NCBI RefSeq assembly: GCF_004010195.1
Contig: NC_057711.1
Span: 70,043,838 to 70,063,837 of the forward strand
Origin: Chiloscyllium plagiosum
Taxonomy: Eukaryota
DNA: 20,000 nt
Direction of reading: 5' to 3'
Shown here: positions 1-11,444 of the stretch, in pieces
How the letters are laid out: the number at the start of each line of letters is the position of its first letter
Position numbering within the stretch: the stretch's first letter is position 1
The notes under the pieces: generated by a model
What the model saw: the letters and a program-made list of their open reading frames with translations, nothing else
What the model was told of the DNA's origin: nothing
Databases searched by the model: none
Position numbers and translations under genes: made by a program

Positions 1-1851
1 AGTGTGCAAAGTAAAACATGTAAACAGATTTAAAGCATTTTGATACAATATTACAGTATTGTATGAAGTATTTGTGTTTAGCAGGCATCAATTTTCAGAA
101 GTTCACAGAAGTACTGCGAACTATGTCATATCATCTCAACTGTACTCTGCCCAAACACCAGGTTCTTGGCTCATTATCTGCAGATGCTTCAGCCTATACT
201 ATTTTCTTGGCAGTTTTGGTTTGCCATTGCCTTCCACTCTCAGGGACAGAACAAGGAGGCAAGTCCCAATTATACCTCAACTGAGATGGAAATCAAAACT
301 GTACTGTTCGCAATATTCTGAATCACACACTGACTATCCAACTAATTGACCTAAGTGGCCTTCCAAAATAAAGTATTTTTAGGTACAGCAGGAAATAAAG
401 TTATTTTTGTTGTGTAATTTTACTTACTTATTTTTAAGTTTTCGTAAAAATTGGATGTTAAATAGACATCAACGGAATGGGAGTACACAATGTCATAAGT
501 GTGTGTATAGCTTCCTGATTGTGTTCTCAGCTAAGTTCCACCCCAATGTTAATCTAGCTACTGGATGTTCAAATTGGAGTGTAGAGAACAGGGTCAAAGC
601 ATTTAAATGCATGTCTTACTGATGGCTATTCTGAAGAGCATGAGAGAATGAAGAAACATTCTTAGCGAGTGGGAAAGACAATTTAAGTAGAAAGAGAGGG
701 TACATGATATGTTGAACAATCCAGAGAGAGGTCAACAATCCTTGGAGGCTTAAAAGAAAGAATCTACTTTTAAGAAATCTTCACTGTGCAATTTGCAGGT
801 ATGATTTCCAAGTACTTTGTAGTGCTATGTATGGGTATGAGTAATAATTATCTTATAGGGTGGAAATGTCTTTTCAAGGAGGTTGCAGATGTCAGCCATA
901 TTGTCCAAGTAATTTCTTACAATAGTATTGTTAATCCAAATTTATGTGGTAAGATTTGGAAATGAAGAACAAACAAGGGGTGATGAGGATAGTTCTGAAC
1001 TATTGTGAAGTGCCAGAAAGACAGATCTACTTCCTGAAAAAGATTAACTCTTACACTAAATATTGCAAATGTACATGATGATTTCATGGTCACATGACAA
1101 TATGGAGGATCTGAGAAAGTAGCAGCAGCTCAGACCTCAAGCTTAGCTGGGAGAAATATCATTGATAGTATGCAAATAAAGGTTACCTTGAAAACATCAC
1201 TGCTTCTTGCTAATTCTCTTACATGGAGTATTGCATCCTAATGCCTTCTGAGAGACAGGCTGATAACAACAAATTTAATAGCAGCTCATCTTGGAAACGG
1301 TTAGAATTGACAGAAGTATTCACTTTGCGTTTCCAGCTTTCGCTAATATTTCATGTTTAAGATTACTGGGTACAGAAATCTATCAGCATTTACAGTAGTG
1401 TAACCTTGCTTCTCTCGACAAATTTGTACCTCAAGATGTACATGTAGTTGTTTTTCAATTGTTGAGGCTATGCCAGAATCGGCATTGTCATGATTTGTTA
1501 CATACAAATCCCACATTGGCAGAGGGCTGAGGGCTGCTGATAATTGTACAGCCAGTAGCATGTTTGCTTTGTATTAAGATAATCAGATACATTCACCAGG
1601 ACAATAGTTTTCACTTTGTCAGGATAAATTAACATTCAAGCTATGAACCACAATATAACATGCACCATCGTGGAATCCTCTGTTCTGGGTTAGATGTCCG
1701 ACAATGGAACTGAAATGGGCTTCACCTTTGTTCATGGGTGAGTTTGCTTGTGCTAGTACATGATGGTCCGTTACTTAGATTACAAGGAAAAGAGGAGTGT
1801 TCTGAATCTCATGGCAGCTTAGGAAAGATGTCAATGCTTACATCATTACTA

Positions 1852-2083
1852 ATGGGTCAAAGGTTCAGGCGATGCATACAGTTCAGTGATGCCTCGCTTC
1901 AGGTTCTCCTCCAGGACATCCAGGAAAGGCAGGAGATCCTCCAGAGATGACAGCACAAAACATTTCCTTCTGACCAAGGTGGACAGGACAGAGATCTCAG
2001 CAAGGGTTAATGCTACATGAGACAATTACAGAACGTGGCTGCAGAGCAGCAAGAGGATGAATGATCCTTTGTACTCTACAAGG
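1852..2083 (+). pseudogene. Exon 1 relic of a Harbinger-type Myb/SANT-like (MSANTD/NAIF1-like) DNA-binding gene
   Basis: ATG at 1852 gives MGQRFRRCIQFSDASLQVLLQDIQERQEIL. After a frameshift near 1941 it reads RDDSTKHFLLTKVDRTEISARVNAT*DNYRTWLQSSKRMNDPLYSTR, then a canonical donor AGG|GTAAGT (2083/2084). This fits the Myb/SANT-like pattern FSDxxLxxLL...W.EI...VN...RTWxQCxKRxNDL (recalled, not searched). Confidence 0.75.
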
Positions 2084-2376
2084 GTAAGTGGCATCATCTG
2101 GCACCAAAACATAATACTAGATTGACATCAAGCAGTGCACATGTGTGAGTGCAGAGGGCTGTCAGTCAGGAGTTTGGTTTGCAGACCTCACTATTAAGTA
2201 GAATAATTGGATTGAATGTGGAAACCATGTCAAGATTTGAAAGCTGTGTCAGTTGTAGGACACTATAGATTTCTATCATTGAGGAGCACTCAGGAATCTG
2301 CTAGGTATGCATTCTCATAAACTAGTTATATATCCACTGGGATGATACTCAAATCATTCTGTCTGTCCATCTGCAG

Positions 2377-2480
2377 GAGAAGAATGCTGACAATTGGAGG
2401 GAGTTGAATAAAACCTGGGAATGTGTCCCTGACATAGGAATCCTTGCTCACTTTGAAGGAGATTGTGGAAATTCCTGTGG
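2377..2480 (+). pseudogene. Exon 2 relic of the same Myb/SANT-like gene
   Basis: Acceptor tctgtctgtccatctgCAG|GAG at 2376/2377 is in phase 0 with the 2084 donor. It reads EKNADNWRELNKTWECVPDIGILAHFEG, resembling the EKxxxNxRExxxTGGGxPxIxxLTxFE motif that follows the Myb/SANT domain. The 3' boundary is uncertain. Confidence 0.65.
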
Positions 2481-2913
2481 ATGATGAAGGTGGAGTCCAG
2501 GAGGATGCCTTCTTTCTGTTGCTGAACAATAGTCACCCAGGACCAATGCCTGAAATGTTGTTGAGAAAAGGAATAGTGCCTTTAGCTCATTCTTTTTGTT
2601 CTCCACTGCAAGGCAAGGTTGAAAAGACTGTCTTTATTCACCTTCACCTCTGGTTCCAGCTCCACTTTGAGTACCATTGCTGGGGATGATGACTCAGATC
2701 AAGCATTCAGTTGTATCCCCTCCCTGTGCACAGACATTCACCTCGTGTGCACATTTTAGATTAGACTCAAGGTTAGCACAATCTGGTAGCACATCACAAA
2801 CTAATTTCCACAGCTGAGGATGATGTGAGAGCCAAGGTCCTGGGTACTTGGAGGACTGCTGGAGAGTAGGTTTCAACTGAGCCTCATGCAGAGGATGAGC
2901 CTGTCCATTTGGC

Positions 2914-3674
2914 CATAAGATCATAAGACCATAAGACATAGGAGCAGAAGTCATTCAGCCCATCGAGTCTGCTCCACCATTCAATCATAGTTAGAGAAAG
3001 AAAAACGGCAGATGCTGCAATCCAAGGTAGTCAAGCAGGAGGTTGGAAGAACATAGCAAGCTAGGCAGCATCAGAAGGTGGAGAAGTTAACGTTTTGGGT
3101 GGAAAGGTTACACCTGAAACATCAACTTCTCCACCGCCATTCAATCATGGCTAATAAGTTTCTCAACCCCACACTCTCACTTTCTCACCGTAACCCTTGA
3201 TCCCCTTGACAATCAAGAACTACCTATCGCAGTCTTAAATATACTCAATGACCTGGCCTCCACAACTTTCTGTGGCATTGAATTCCATAGATTCACCGCT
3301 CTCTGGCTGAAGAGGTTTCTCCTTATATCTGTTCTAAAAGGTCTTCCCTTTACTCTAAGGCTATACCCTCAGGCCTTAGTCTCTCCAACCAATGGAAACA
3401 TCCTCCCAACATCCACTCACCCAGGCCATTCAGAATTCCGTAAGTTTCAATTAGATCTCCCTCATCCTTCTAAGCTCTATGGAGTATAGACCTAGAGTCC
3501 TCAAACATTCCTCATATGTTAAGCATTTCATTCCTGGGAACCTCCTCTGAACATGCTCTAGGGCCAGTACATCCGTCCTGTGAAATGGGGCCCCAAACTG
3601 CACACAATACTCCAAATGTGGTCTGACTAGAGCCTTATAGAGCCTCAGAAGTATATCCCTGCTTTTATATTCAA
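2914..3674 (-). mobile_element. 5'-truncated CR1 LINE, 3' end
   Basis: Tail repeats cataaga(t/c) at 2914-2940. Minus ORF EYKSRDILLRLYKALVRPHLEYCVQFGAP...LEHVQRRF...LGLYSIE is typical of the CR1 ORF2 C-terminus. Confidence 0.9.
2991..3135 (-). mobile_element. Penelope-like terminal-repeat fragment with short inversion, nested in CR1
   Basis: Flanked by direct repeat ccattcaatcat (2977-2988 and 3137-3148). Resembles the 19818-20000 element (gcagatgctg...ggaaga.ca.agca...ggcagcatc). Internal inverted repeat 3077-3101 / 3111-3135 (21/25). Partial hammerhead 3' half (GAAAcaTC). Confidence 0.7.
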
Positions 3675-4700
3675 AATAGAGATGCAGAGACAGGCATGGG
3701 AACATCACGTAGAGATACCAGAGACCACCTGCAAACTTGAATGAAGGCTGGAGGAGTCCATGCATGATATGGTTTGACATCTGAGAACTTGGCTTTCTCC
3801 ATGGAAACACAATGGAGTGTCTGATGTGGCAGAGTATTCAGTGGCTGCTGGATACGTATTCAGATTTTCATACATTGTGCCAAGCGCAGGGAATTGCAAT
3901 GCTGCAGTGGCTGGACAAGAAGGGTGTCAGGCATCACAGTCTCTCTCCAGGTGCCTCCTCATTTCAGATGGTTTCACTGGTCACCAATAGGAGGAGGATC
4001 TGCAGCCAGGCACCCAGGATCTTCATACCAGCACTCTCCAAAAGTAGCCTGCTGCTAAACCTCCCCTGTGCCAATTAGCCTATCGCCTCAGTAAGTTTGG
4101 TTGGCTCCCTCCGGGCTTTGGACCACCAGAGGATGGTGCCATGGTCATCTCAGGCAACAGGGCACACCAGTCAGCAGGATTCTCCACCTCAACTGTGGAT
4201 GCCAATAAGGAATGGTTAAGAAATTGTAAAGACATAAAGGTGGCATGCACATTGTGTTTCTTAGTTGTGAACACGTGTTTGTTTTCATTCCAATGATCTA
4301 TGTTGTGTTTTCACTGTGCTGTTATAGTACAAGTGGAGCATTTTTTAAGAGCAGCATTCAAAATCAATCTTCGATATAACAATTTTTGTATCATATCACC
4401 AGTAATGGCATCTCTGAGATCATGAAGGATTGAAACCTGGCATCGTTTGTAAAGTTGTGACTTTGGAATGCATCTGGCAATCCATTGGGTTGATTTCACC
4501 CAATTCTCACGCCAGTCAAGTCTGAACAGCTAGGTCATCACATGTCTCACTTTTTTCTGCATGAGAGCATTCAGTGCATTTTTCCCCATTTGGAGAATGA
4601 GTCAGTGAGATGTCAGTTTATCTCTGCCACATGAAAATTGCATGTGGCTTCCAATGTTGCATGCATATGGGCTCATGCATACAAAGAACCTGCAGCATGT

Positions 4701-5018
4701 GGGTGGCACAGTGGCACACTAGTTTGCACTGCTGCCTCACAGCGCCAGAGACCCAGGTTCAATTCCCACCTCAGGCGACTGACTATGTGGAGTTTGCACG
4801 TTCTCCCCGTGTGTGCGTGGGTTTCCTCCGGGTGCTCCGGTTTCCTCCCACAGTCCAAAGATGTGCAGATCAGGTGAATTGGCCTTGCTAAATTGCCCAT
4901 AGTGTTAGGTAAGGGGTAAATGTAGGGGTATGGGTGGGTTGCGCTTCGGCGGGTCGGTGTGGACATGTTGGGTCAAAGGGCCAGTTTCCACACTGTAATG
5001 TAATCTAATCTAATCTAA
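4701..5018 (+). mobile_element. HE1-type tRNA-derived V-SINE
   Basis: A-box-like TGGCACAGTGG (4704-4714), B box GGTTCAATTCC (4756-4766), V-domain tgtggagtttgcacgttctccccgtg...gggtgctccggtttcctcccacagtccaaag, CR1-like 3' segment and (TAATC)n tail. Confidence 0.92.
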
Positions 5019-5688
5019 TGGCTCCTCCCAGGTTCCAATGGCCTCAGGGATATGCAATATTATGCAGGTAGTGTTATGCTCTTGCTGGCACTGACAAGTG
5101 AGATGTGTTTCATCTCAAATTGGCCGATACAAAGGATCACAATATCAATGGTTTTAACATGAAATTGTAAAATCTAATGCAGCCACCAGAATATGAGCAA
5201 TTCAATGAAATAAAAGCATCTGCATCCATATGTGCTCTTCTAACAATCATTCTGAACCTGTGGCTATCTGACAACAAAGTGCTCTGCTTAATCCAGTATT
5301 CTCCATAAGTTCTGCTCTGAGTACTTGTGATGTTTCACCTCCCATGCTAACCCTTTCTCATCCTTCAGCCTTCAGAAGCTACTTTTCAGTGCAGCTTTAC
5401 ATCTGGATCCCAACATTGCTGGCATCTCACTGCAAAGGGATTGCATGGGTCAGGTATCAATGCTACTATGTTTGGAAGGTGACCATGGAGAAGAGGATAT
5501 ACTTAAGCATCGTTCTCATGCTGCTGACTTGTGACCATTGTGGTCTCCCTTTTTTTTGGCAAGTTGAACTCATCTTGAACTCCACCACCTGGAAAGGCCA
5601 CTTTTCTCAGTATTCTTGTTCTTTCTGTGTTCTTGTTCTCTCTGGATTCCTGGAATCTCTGTGTTCCTGGTTTCTCTAGATTCCTATT

Positions 5689-5900
5689 CTGCGGATGCTA
5701 CAAATCTAAAATAAAAACCGGACATATGGGCTTCCAAAGAAGAGTCATATTGGACTTGAAGTGTTAACTTTGTTGCTTTCTCCAAATTGTTAACTCTGCT
5801 TCTGTCTCCAAATTACTAACTCTATTGTTCTCTCCACTGATGCTGTCAGGTCAGCTGAGCTCTTCCAGCACTTGCTGCTTTTATTTCAGATTCCCAGCAT
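5689..5900 (+). mobile_element. Old Penelope-like terminal-repeat relic with decayed hammerhead and a short inverted copy of its 3' end
   Basis: ccaaaga-agagtc-atattg-gactt-gaagtgtta is a decayed CUGAnGA / stem II / GAAA-NUH. The downstream tctccac.gatgctg...ttccagca...tttatttcagatt.ccagcat resembles 17186-17307. 5689-5718 is an imperfect reverse complement of the 3' end. Confidence 0.6.
5762..5836 (+). repeat. Three imperfect 26-bp tandem units
   Basis: tgttaactttgttgctttctccaaat / tgttaactctgcttctgtctccaaat / tactaactctattgttctctcca. Confidence 0.85.
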
Positions 5901-7261
5901 TTTTATTATGTAAAGATCTCCCTCTCAATTCAAGAGATTGAGTTTTCACAGTGGCTCTGTTGAGATGGAAACCTGGGTGTGTATCACCTTTCAAAATCAT
6001 TCCACCATCTTCGAAACGCTCCCTGTCATCCATTAAGTTTCATCAGGATGAGCACAAAATTCAGTCCATGCTGCATGAAAAGTTATGCTCATCCCTTGTT
6101 GCTTTTTCTTTGCAGAAAGACTATATGGCTAGAACAAGCAAGCTGTCATTAGAGAAACATCACACACACTTATTTATCTGTACATTATTTACATCATTGA
6201 GCAACCTTCTTATTTAATTGCATTAAATGATGCAAAGCAATCTGAATCGAGTTGTGGATTATAGTAAGTAGTTTTAGTGATGTTGTGCATCAGCAGTTGC
6301 CTGCTCTACAGACTGCCTTTGACTAGCATGAAACATCAATGGCATTTAGAGGGATGGTTCCAGTCCAATATGACTATTCTTTGGAACCCAATTCTCCTGC
6401 ATTTTCTGTTTTTGTTTCAGATTTCTAGATGCACAAACCAATAGCGAAGATGAAGTAACATCTAGAATATTGCTGTATGATTTTGAGATGTTGAAGTCTA
6501 TAGTTCATGTCACAAGAAAGACTGGGACAACTTTAAGGTGAGAGTTAGAGATCTCTATCAATAGAAATCAGCAGCAGCACCAGTCAAGGCTAGATGTCCA
6601 GCAGGCGATTTCTGTGCAGGAACATGGCCCTTAAATTCCTGCCCTCAGAAACACTTATCTCCTAGACAGCTACTGAAGAGCCATCCTAAAACAAGCAAGT
6701 CCCACAGGCAAGGATGCTTAGGTTTGCAATATATAAGAGGTGGGTAGTGAACAAAATAACATATTGGTCCTTAGAAAACCTGACACACTTTCCCTATCCT
6801 TAATACTTTCAATAGAATATTACTCAGAGCTGATATCAGAGTAGGAAAACAGTACATCATGATTTGTCACATTTGACTGTAAACCTGTAATGCAACATCA
6901 TCTCTCTTTCCACAGAAAGGAGCTGTGCTCAGAAGAGAGGGCAATCAAGAAGAGGGCCAGCACATTTTTGGCAAGAGAACAGTAGTTTGTTTTGGAGGAA
7001 TTTCAACTCAGAATGGGACAGCTTGTAAACATTATTGGCATTGTCTCCTTCCTCCACAGGGAAATCTTCAAAATGGGTAAAGTCATAAACCCTCTGGCTG
7101 AGGGTACCTGACACCTGGAGAAGGTGGACATATGATTTTCCTTAACTGACATTCTGCAGGTTACCACTGAATTACTGGAAAGATCCACATATAAAATGAG
7201 GGCTGCAACAATTTTCATTTTCACAAATAGATTATCTGGAGCTTATTTTATCCTTCAGATC

Positions 7262-8007
7262 TTACAAACTTATGATCAGGGTAGGCTGTACAAATATTCT
7301 GCCATTTTATTTGACCCTGAACCTGAATTCCATCTATCTGCCTTTAACCTGTGATACCCTAAGTTAATGATGATCTGTGATCTGAGGCTTGAAAATTTCA
7401 ATTGAACCAAATGTCAATTGGGAGGGTGATACAAAATTTCTCCTCACCTTTGTGTGAAAATTTATTTCCTGAATTAGCTTCTGAGTGACCAAGCTGTAAT
7501 GTTTAGATTGTGCTTCCTTGAGCTAGATTCCTCCACTGGCGGCAATAGTTTTTGTCTCCACCATATCAAATCCCTTTATCATTTTAAACATTTTGATTAC
7601 GTCAACCTTCTAAACCCAAAGATATACAAATCACCTTTATGCAACCTGTCATCAGATTTTAGCCCTTTAAGCCTTTGTATCATTTTGGTCAATCTTTGGC
7701 AGATTTTCTCTAATGAATAATAATTCTTCCTAAATCATGGTACCCAAACCTGGACACAATACTCCGCACAGGGACCCACCAAAACTCTGTACTATGGGAG
7801 TATTACTTCCTCACATTGATGTTCCATAATATTTTTGATATTCTTTTATACATGCCTGATGGGCATTCCTGAAACAATGATCTTTCTCCACAGTTCTTAT
7901 ATCATTGTCTTTCATTTCAAGTTCTGATTTTTCAAACCTGTATTTATTTGTTGATAATCTTACACTTTCTGTATTAAACCTCATCTATTATGGTTTTAGC
8001 CACTCTG
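7262..8007 (-). mobile_element. Highly decayed CR1 LINE 3' region
   Basis: Colinear, low-identity similarity to the younger CR1 copies in this window (cacc.t.tgtgtgaaaa; tagattcctccac; cccaaacctggacacaatactcc; cttacactttctgtattaaacctcatct). Ends approximate. Confidence 0.65.
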
Positions 8008-11000
8008 AAAATTCTTGATGAGGTTCCAGACCTAGCATTTACCTTGATTTGCATATGAAAACAGCCTTTAGTGGCAAAAATATAATTGAATTGCCTGCTC
8101 ATTTACAGCCTGAGCTGAACATGGCATCAGACAGAACATTGAGAATCACCCAGACTACTTTCCAATCTTCAGCTATTAACTGCTTTACTTTCAGGGAATG
8201 TAGTTTCAAATTCAGCAGTTCAGTGAGATAAAACAGCAGTCTGTAAAAGTGGGCTCAAGAAATATGATGAATTTTGCAGAACAAAATCTAATCTGTAAGT
8301 TGATAATCACCCTTTTCCACTTATTTAATTAAAATGTGCACAATTTGTTTGTATGGTTTTGGTCTTTTTAATAGGTTGCCAGCTATCTAAAATAAAAAGA
8401 CAAGGTCTAGGTTCCTGTCAGAATTATACATTGCACCCCCACAGTTTCATTACAGGATATTTTAGTGATTAAGTAACGATAGTGCAGAATTTTATTCACC
8501 TTTGGCTCTTATTTCTAAATAAAAGATTATATTCCTTGAAAATATGCCAATTCCTTAAGATTTAATTTAGTTTGTTTGATTTCATATTTAAAATGTTAAT
8601 TTTGTAAAACCAAAGACTACTAAAATAAAGACCTAACTTATGAAATTTTAAACAAAAATCAGTAGAATAAACAATACTTTGTGTTAAATAAAAGCTGCTT
8701 TAATTTTCTTGTTATTTTATCTTCTCTTATTAATTTATATTTATCTCAAGTTATGTTCCCCATCTGTGTATCATTTCATATATGCTGTATCCAAAGGTAA
8801 CATTCCAAGCACAACCAGGTCTTTTATTTGCAAATGATTTTTATCACTCGTGTTAAGTAATTATTTTTTCTGGACAATAACAGAGGCTGTTTAACTTTTA
8901 GCACTGCATTACAACACAAATAATCACTGGTCTGTCCTCAACTGCCTTTACGTACTGTTTGTCTTGTACTTGATCCATGTGCTTCACTGTACTACAGTTC
9001 AGACTGGATCAGATATCATTCCATTACCTCACACCATGTCTTGTCACCTGTGAGCATTCATGGGAAATGATAAACTGTCTGAACCACAGACCATGTTAAT
9101 TCTTCCTGTGACATGAATCAGACGAAAGGTGACAAGTTTAGCACTGGTTCACTGAGTTAGAAAGCCACGTAATTAGTCATTTCGGTTACTTCATGGCCCA
9201 TTTCATTTTGGATCCCATGCCCTTTTGTGTGTACAGCAGTTGCCCAATTTGTTTTCAAAAAAGATTCTGGTATTCTTTAACAAAACATTCCATTTGGCAA
9301 AAGTTTTTTTCCCAATAAAAGTGAAAAGCGCTTATAAATAAATCTAGCAATTTAAGTAGACTGAAGTTCTAAAAACAATTCTATTCAACTGTTTTTATAA
9401 GGAAAACAGAACACTTTCTTAATAATTAATCCATATTATGTTAGCAAGCTAATTTTCTTCCTTAATGTAGTTGCGATTAAAACGCAAATGAGAAATTACC
9501 TAGCATATTACTGTATCGACCCTCCAGAGACAGATTATCTGGCCACAAATGGTTCTCATTCCTGCTTCATGTCAAAATGTAATAAGCTTAGACTGGAGGA
9601 ATCCAAATCAGAAATGTAATGAAAATACAGTAGAGGTCTGGGAAAATTTTAAAGCAGAGGGTTAAAATAATTAATGTCTTTGATCAAGCATCAGAAGGAT
9701 TTTTTTCTTTCATAGTACTTTTACAAGCAAAAAGTACAGAGACTCTGAATTTCCTCAGAACAGAATTCCAATACTACCACTAAGAATAGGCCTGCTTCTG
9801 CCCTCCAGTGTCAATGCTGGTGAGGGTTTGCAAGGTCAGTTATAAGGGACCATATTTGCACAAGGACGGAGGAGGGGGATCTAAGTCTTTTTAAGTTGCT
9901 TGCCCAACCCATAAATCTGAAAAATATTTGTTAAGGTCCACCAGTTGATGGTGGGGTGGGTTGGGTGTAGATGCTTACCTCAGCAATTTTTTCCTTTGCA
10001 TCTTGTGTAGGGAAAGTGATCAAAGATATTTGCTTACGAATGACTCAATTTTGATTCCTCAATAGATGTACCAGACTCATCTGAAACATGTGTCTTGACT
10101 GAACCAATAAAGGAGCAACTTCTGCTACTTGTATCTATACACCTGGTGAAACTAGGTATCCCTTTTTTTTGGAGACTTTTACCAGCATCCTCTCCAGAGT
10201 TATGGCAAGGAATAATGGAGGAATAACAGATCTAAAAGTAGCATCAAAGTTATTGTAGAGTCAGTGGGTGGAATCCCAGACTAGTAGAGACAGCTTTGAT
10301 GAAATGGGGAATTTTTGGAAGCCGCACATTGAGTTTGTTCTCTGACAAAATTCCTGCTTCCATTCCCTCTTGCTGAAACATGCACTCATGGAGTGGCAAT
10401 GTGTTTCACAGGGACGAAGCCAATTGGTGCAATCAAGGACCTACTCAGCTCAATGATGGTAATTGCCTAGATTAACTACCTCAGTACGTTGGTGTCTTTT
10501 CCAGAGCCTGCTGGCATCTTCCCAATGTCAGATGGGTCCGACACGTTTGAAGTTCCCTTAACTGCAAAATCCACAGAGCCACTGCAATGAGAAGGCCACA
10601 GTGCAACCAGAAAGAAATAGATACAATCCCTGAAATTTATCAAGCAGCATTTAATTTTGCCCTGTATTTCATCCATTCGCCTAAATTAAACTATAATGAC
10701 AAGATAGCTTCCAATTTCCATCTGCTACAAAGATAGCTTATATTTAATAATCATTGAAAAACCTAATCTTTGGAAAATTGTGGAAAATTTATTTATTTCA
10801 AGTTTTGGGGAAATTAATGGAGTGGTTTCTTTAAAAGAGGTCACTGAAAGCTTATTATGAATATTTGAGATATTTTTTAACAAAGGGTTCCTGTAAAGCA
10901 CATGGCTAGTGTTAACTGTTCACTTTATTGTAGACTCCTGCTGGAGTTGCTTTTGAGCAGTGACTGGCTTTGGGTTCAGTTGGTGGCAAGTTTGCAGAGA

Positions 11001-11444
11001 ACAAGTTGAGTTGGAGGAATCCTTGTAAGAACAAACTCTAAGTTTGAGGAAACCTGGCTTAAAATGAGGTGTCCAACGGTTTACCCTCATTTCAGAAAGA
11101 GAAACTGTCTTATTGAGTTCAGTGTGAAATCTATTTGCTCTTTTAAATGTGTAATTGAAGAAACGTCTCAAAATTATATTTCCTAAGCAAGCTGGGTTTG
11201 CAAGACTTTGGAGAACACTATGCATGATTCGTGACTTGTCTGCACCAGAACATCAGCTCAAAGACTCCAGAAGATCTTGCACTTTATCCTTTTGCCTTGA
11301 AGAATAACCCATTGGTCAAAGTTTTTTTATTTTGGAAACCAAACTCTGGAGAAAAATCTGATATTTCTTTCTCTTGAATGTCATTTAACATCTATCTACT
11401 GACTATGTGTTAGCCAACTATTGCATATTTATTAAATAAGTTAT

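Larger units (their letters stand above)
2613..4237 (+). pseudogene. C-terminal exon relic of the Myb/SANT-like gene, split by a CR1 insertion
   Basis: Pyrimidine tract and AG near 2612. Decayed peptide GTWRTAGE*VSTEPHAEDEPVHLAIR runs to ~2920 and resumes after the LINE at ~3677 as coiled-coil-like IEMQRQAWEHHVEIPETTCKLE*RLEESMH...MECLMWQSIQWLLD. Multiple stops and frameshifts; boundaries approximate. Confidence 0.5.

Noticed and set aside
59..1561. Short ORFs 59-349, 63-284, 407-622 and 1343-1561
   Set aside because: No recognisable domain or convincing splice-site pair; lengths are compatible with chance.
4610..4966. Three overlapping ORFs
   Set aside because: Translations of the HE1 SINE, not genes.
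5330..5680. 111-aa ORF, or a possible Harbinger transposase/Myb relic on minus
   Set aside because: No DDE motifs (e.g. GDxGY, RFRCL, LHN) and only vague similarity.
5762..5836. CRISPR-like array
   Set aside because: The units are contiguous with no spacers, and the context is vertebrate.
6091..6269. Strong acceptor (6115) paired with GTAAGT (6264)
   Set aside because: All three frames contain stops and there is no other support.
8971..9011. Small hairpin tgatcca...tggatca as a possible miRNA
   Set aside because: The stem is too short and irregular, and I recognise no mature miRNA.
10265..10665. Possible old MITE or Harbinger-like relic
   Set aside because: I could not define TIRs or a TSD.
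10892..11440. Possible solo LTR; ORF 10920-11225
   Set aside because: No TG...CA termini with a TSD can be demonstrated, and the ORF has no recognisable motif.
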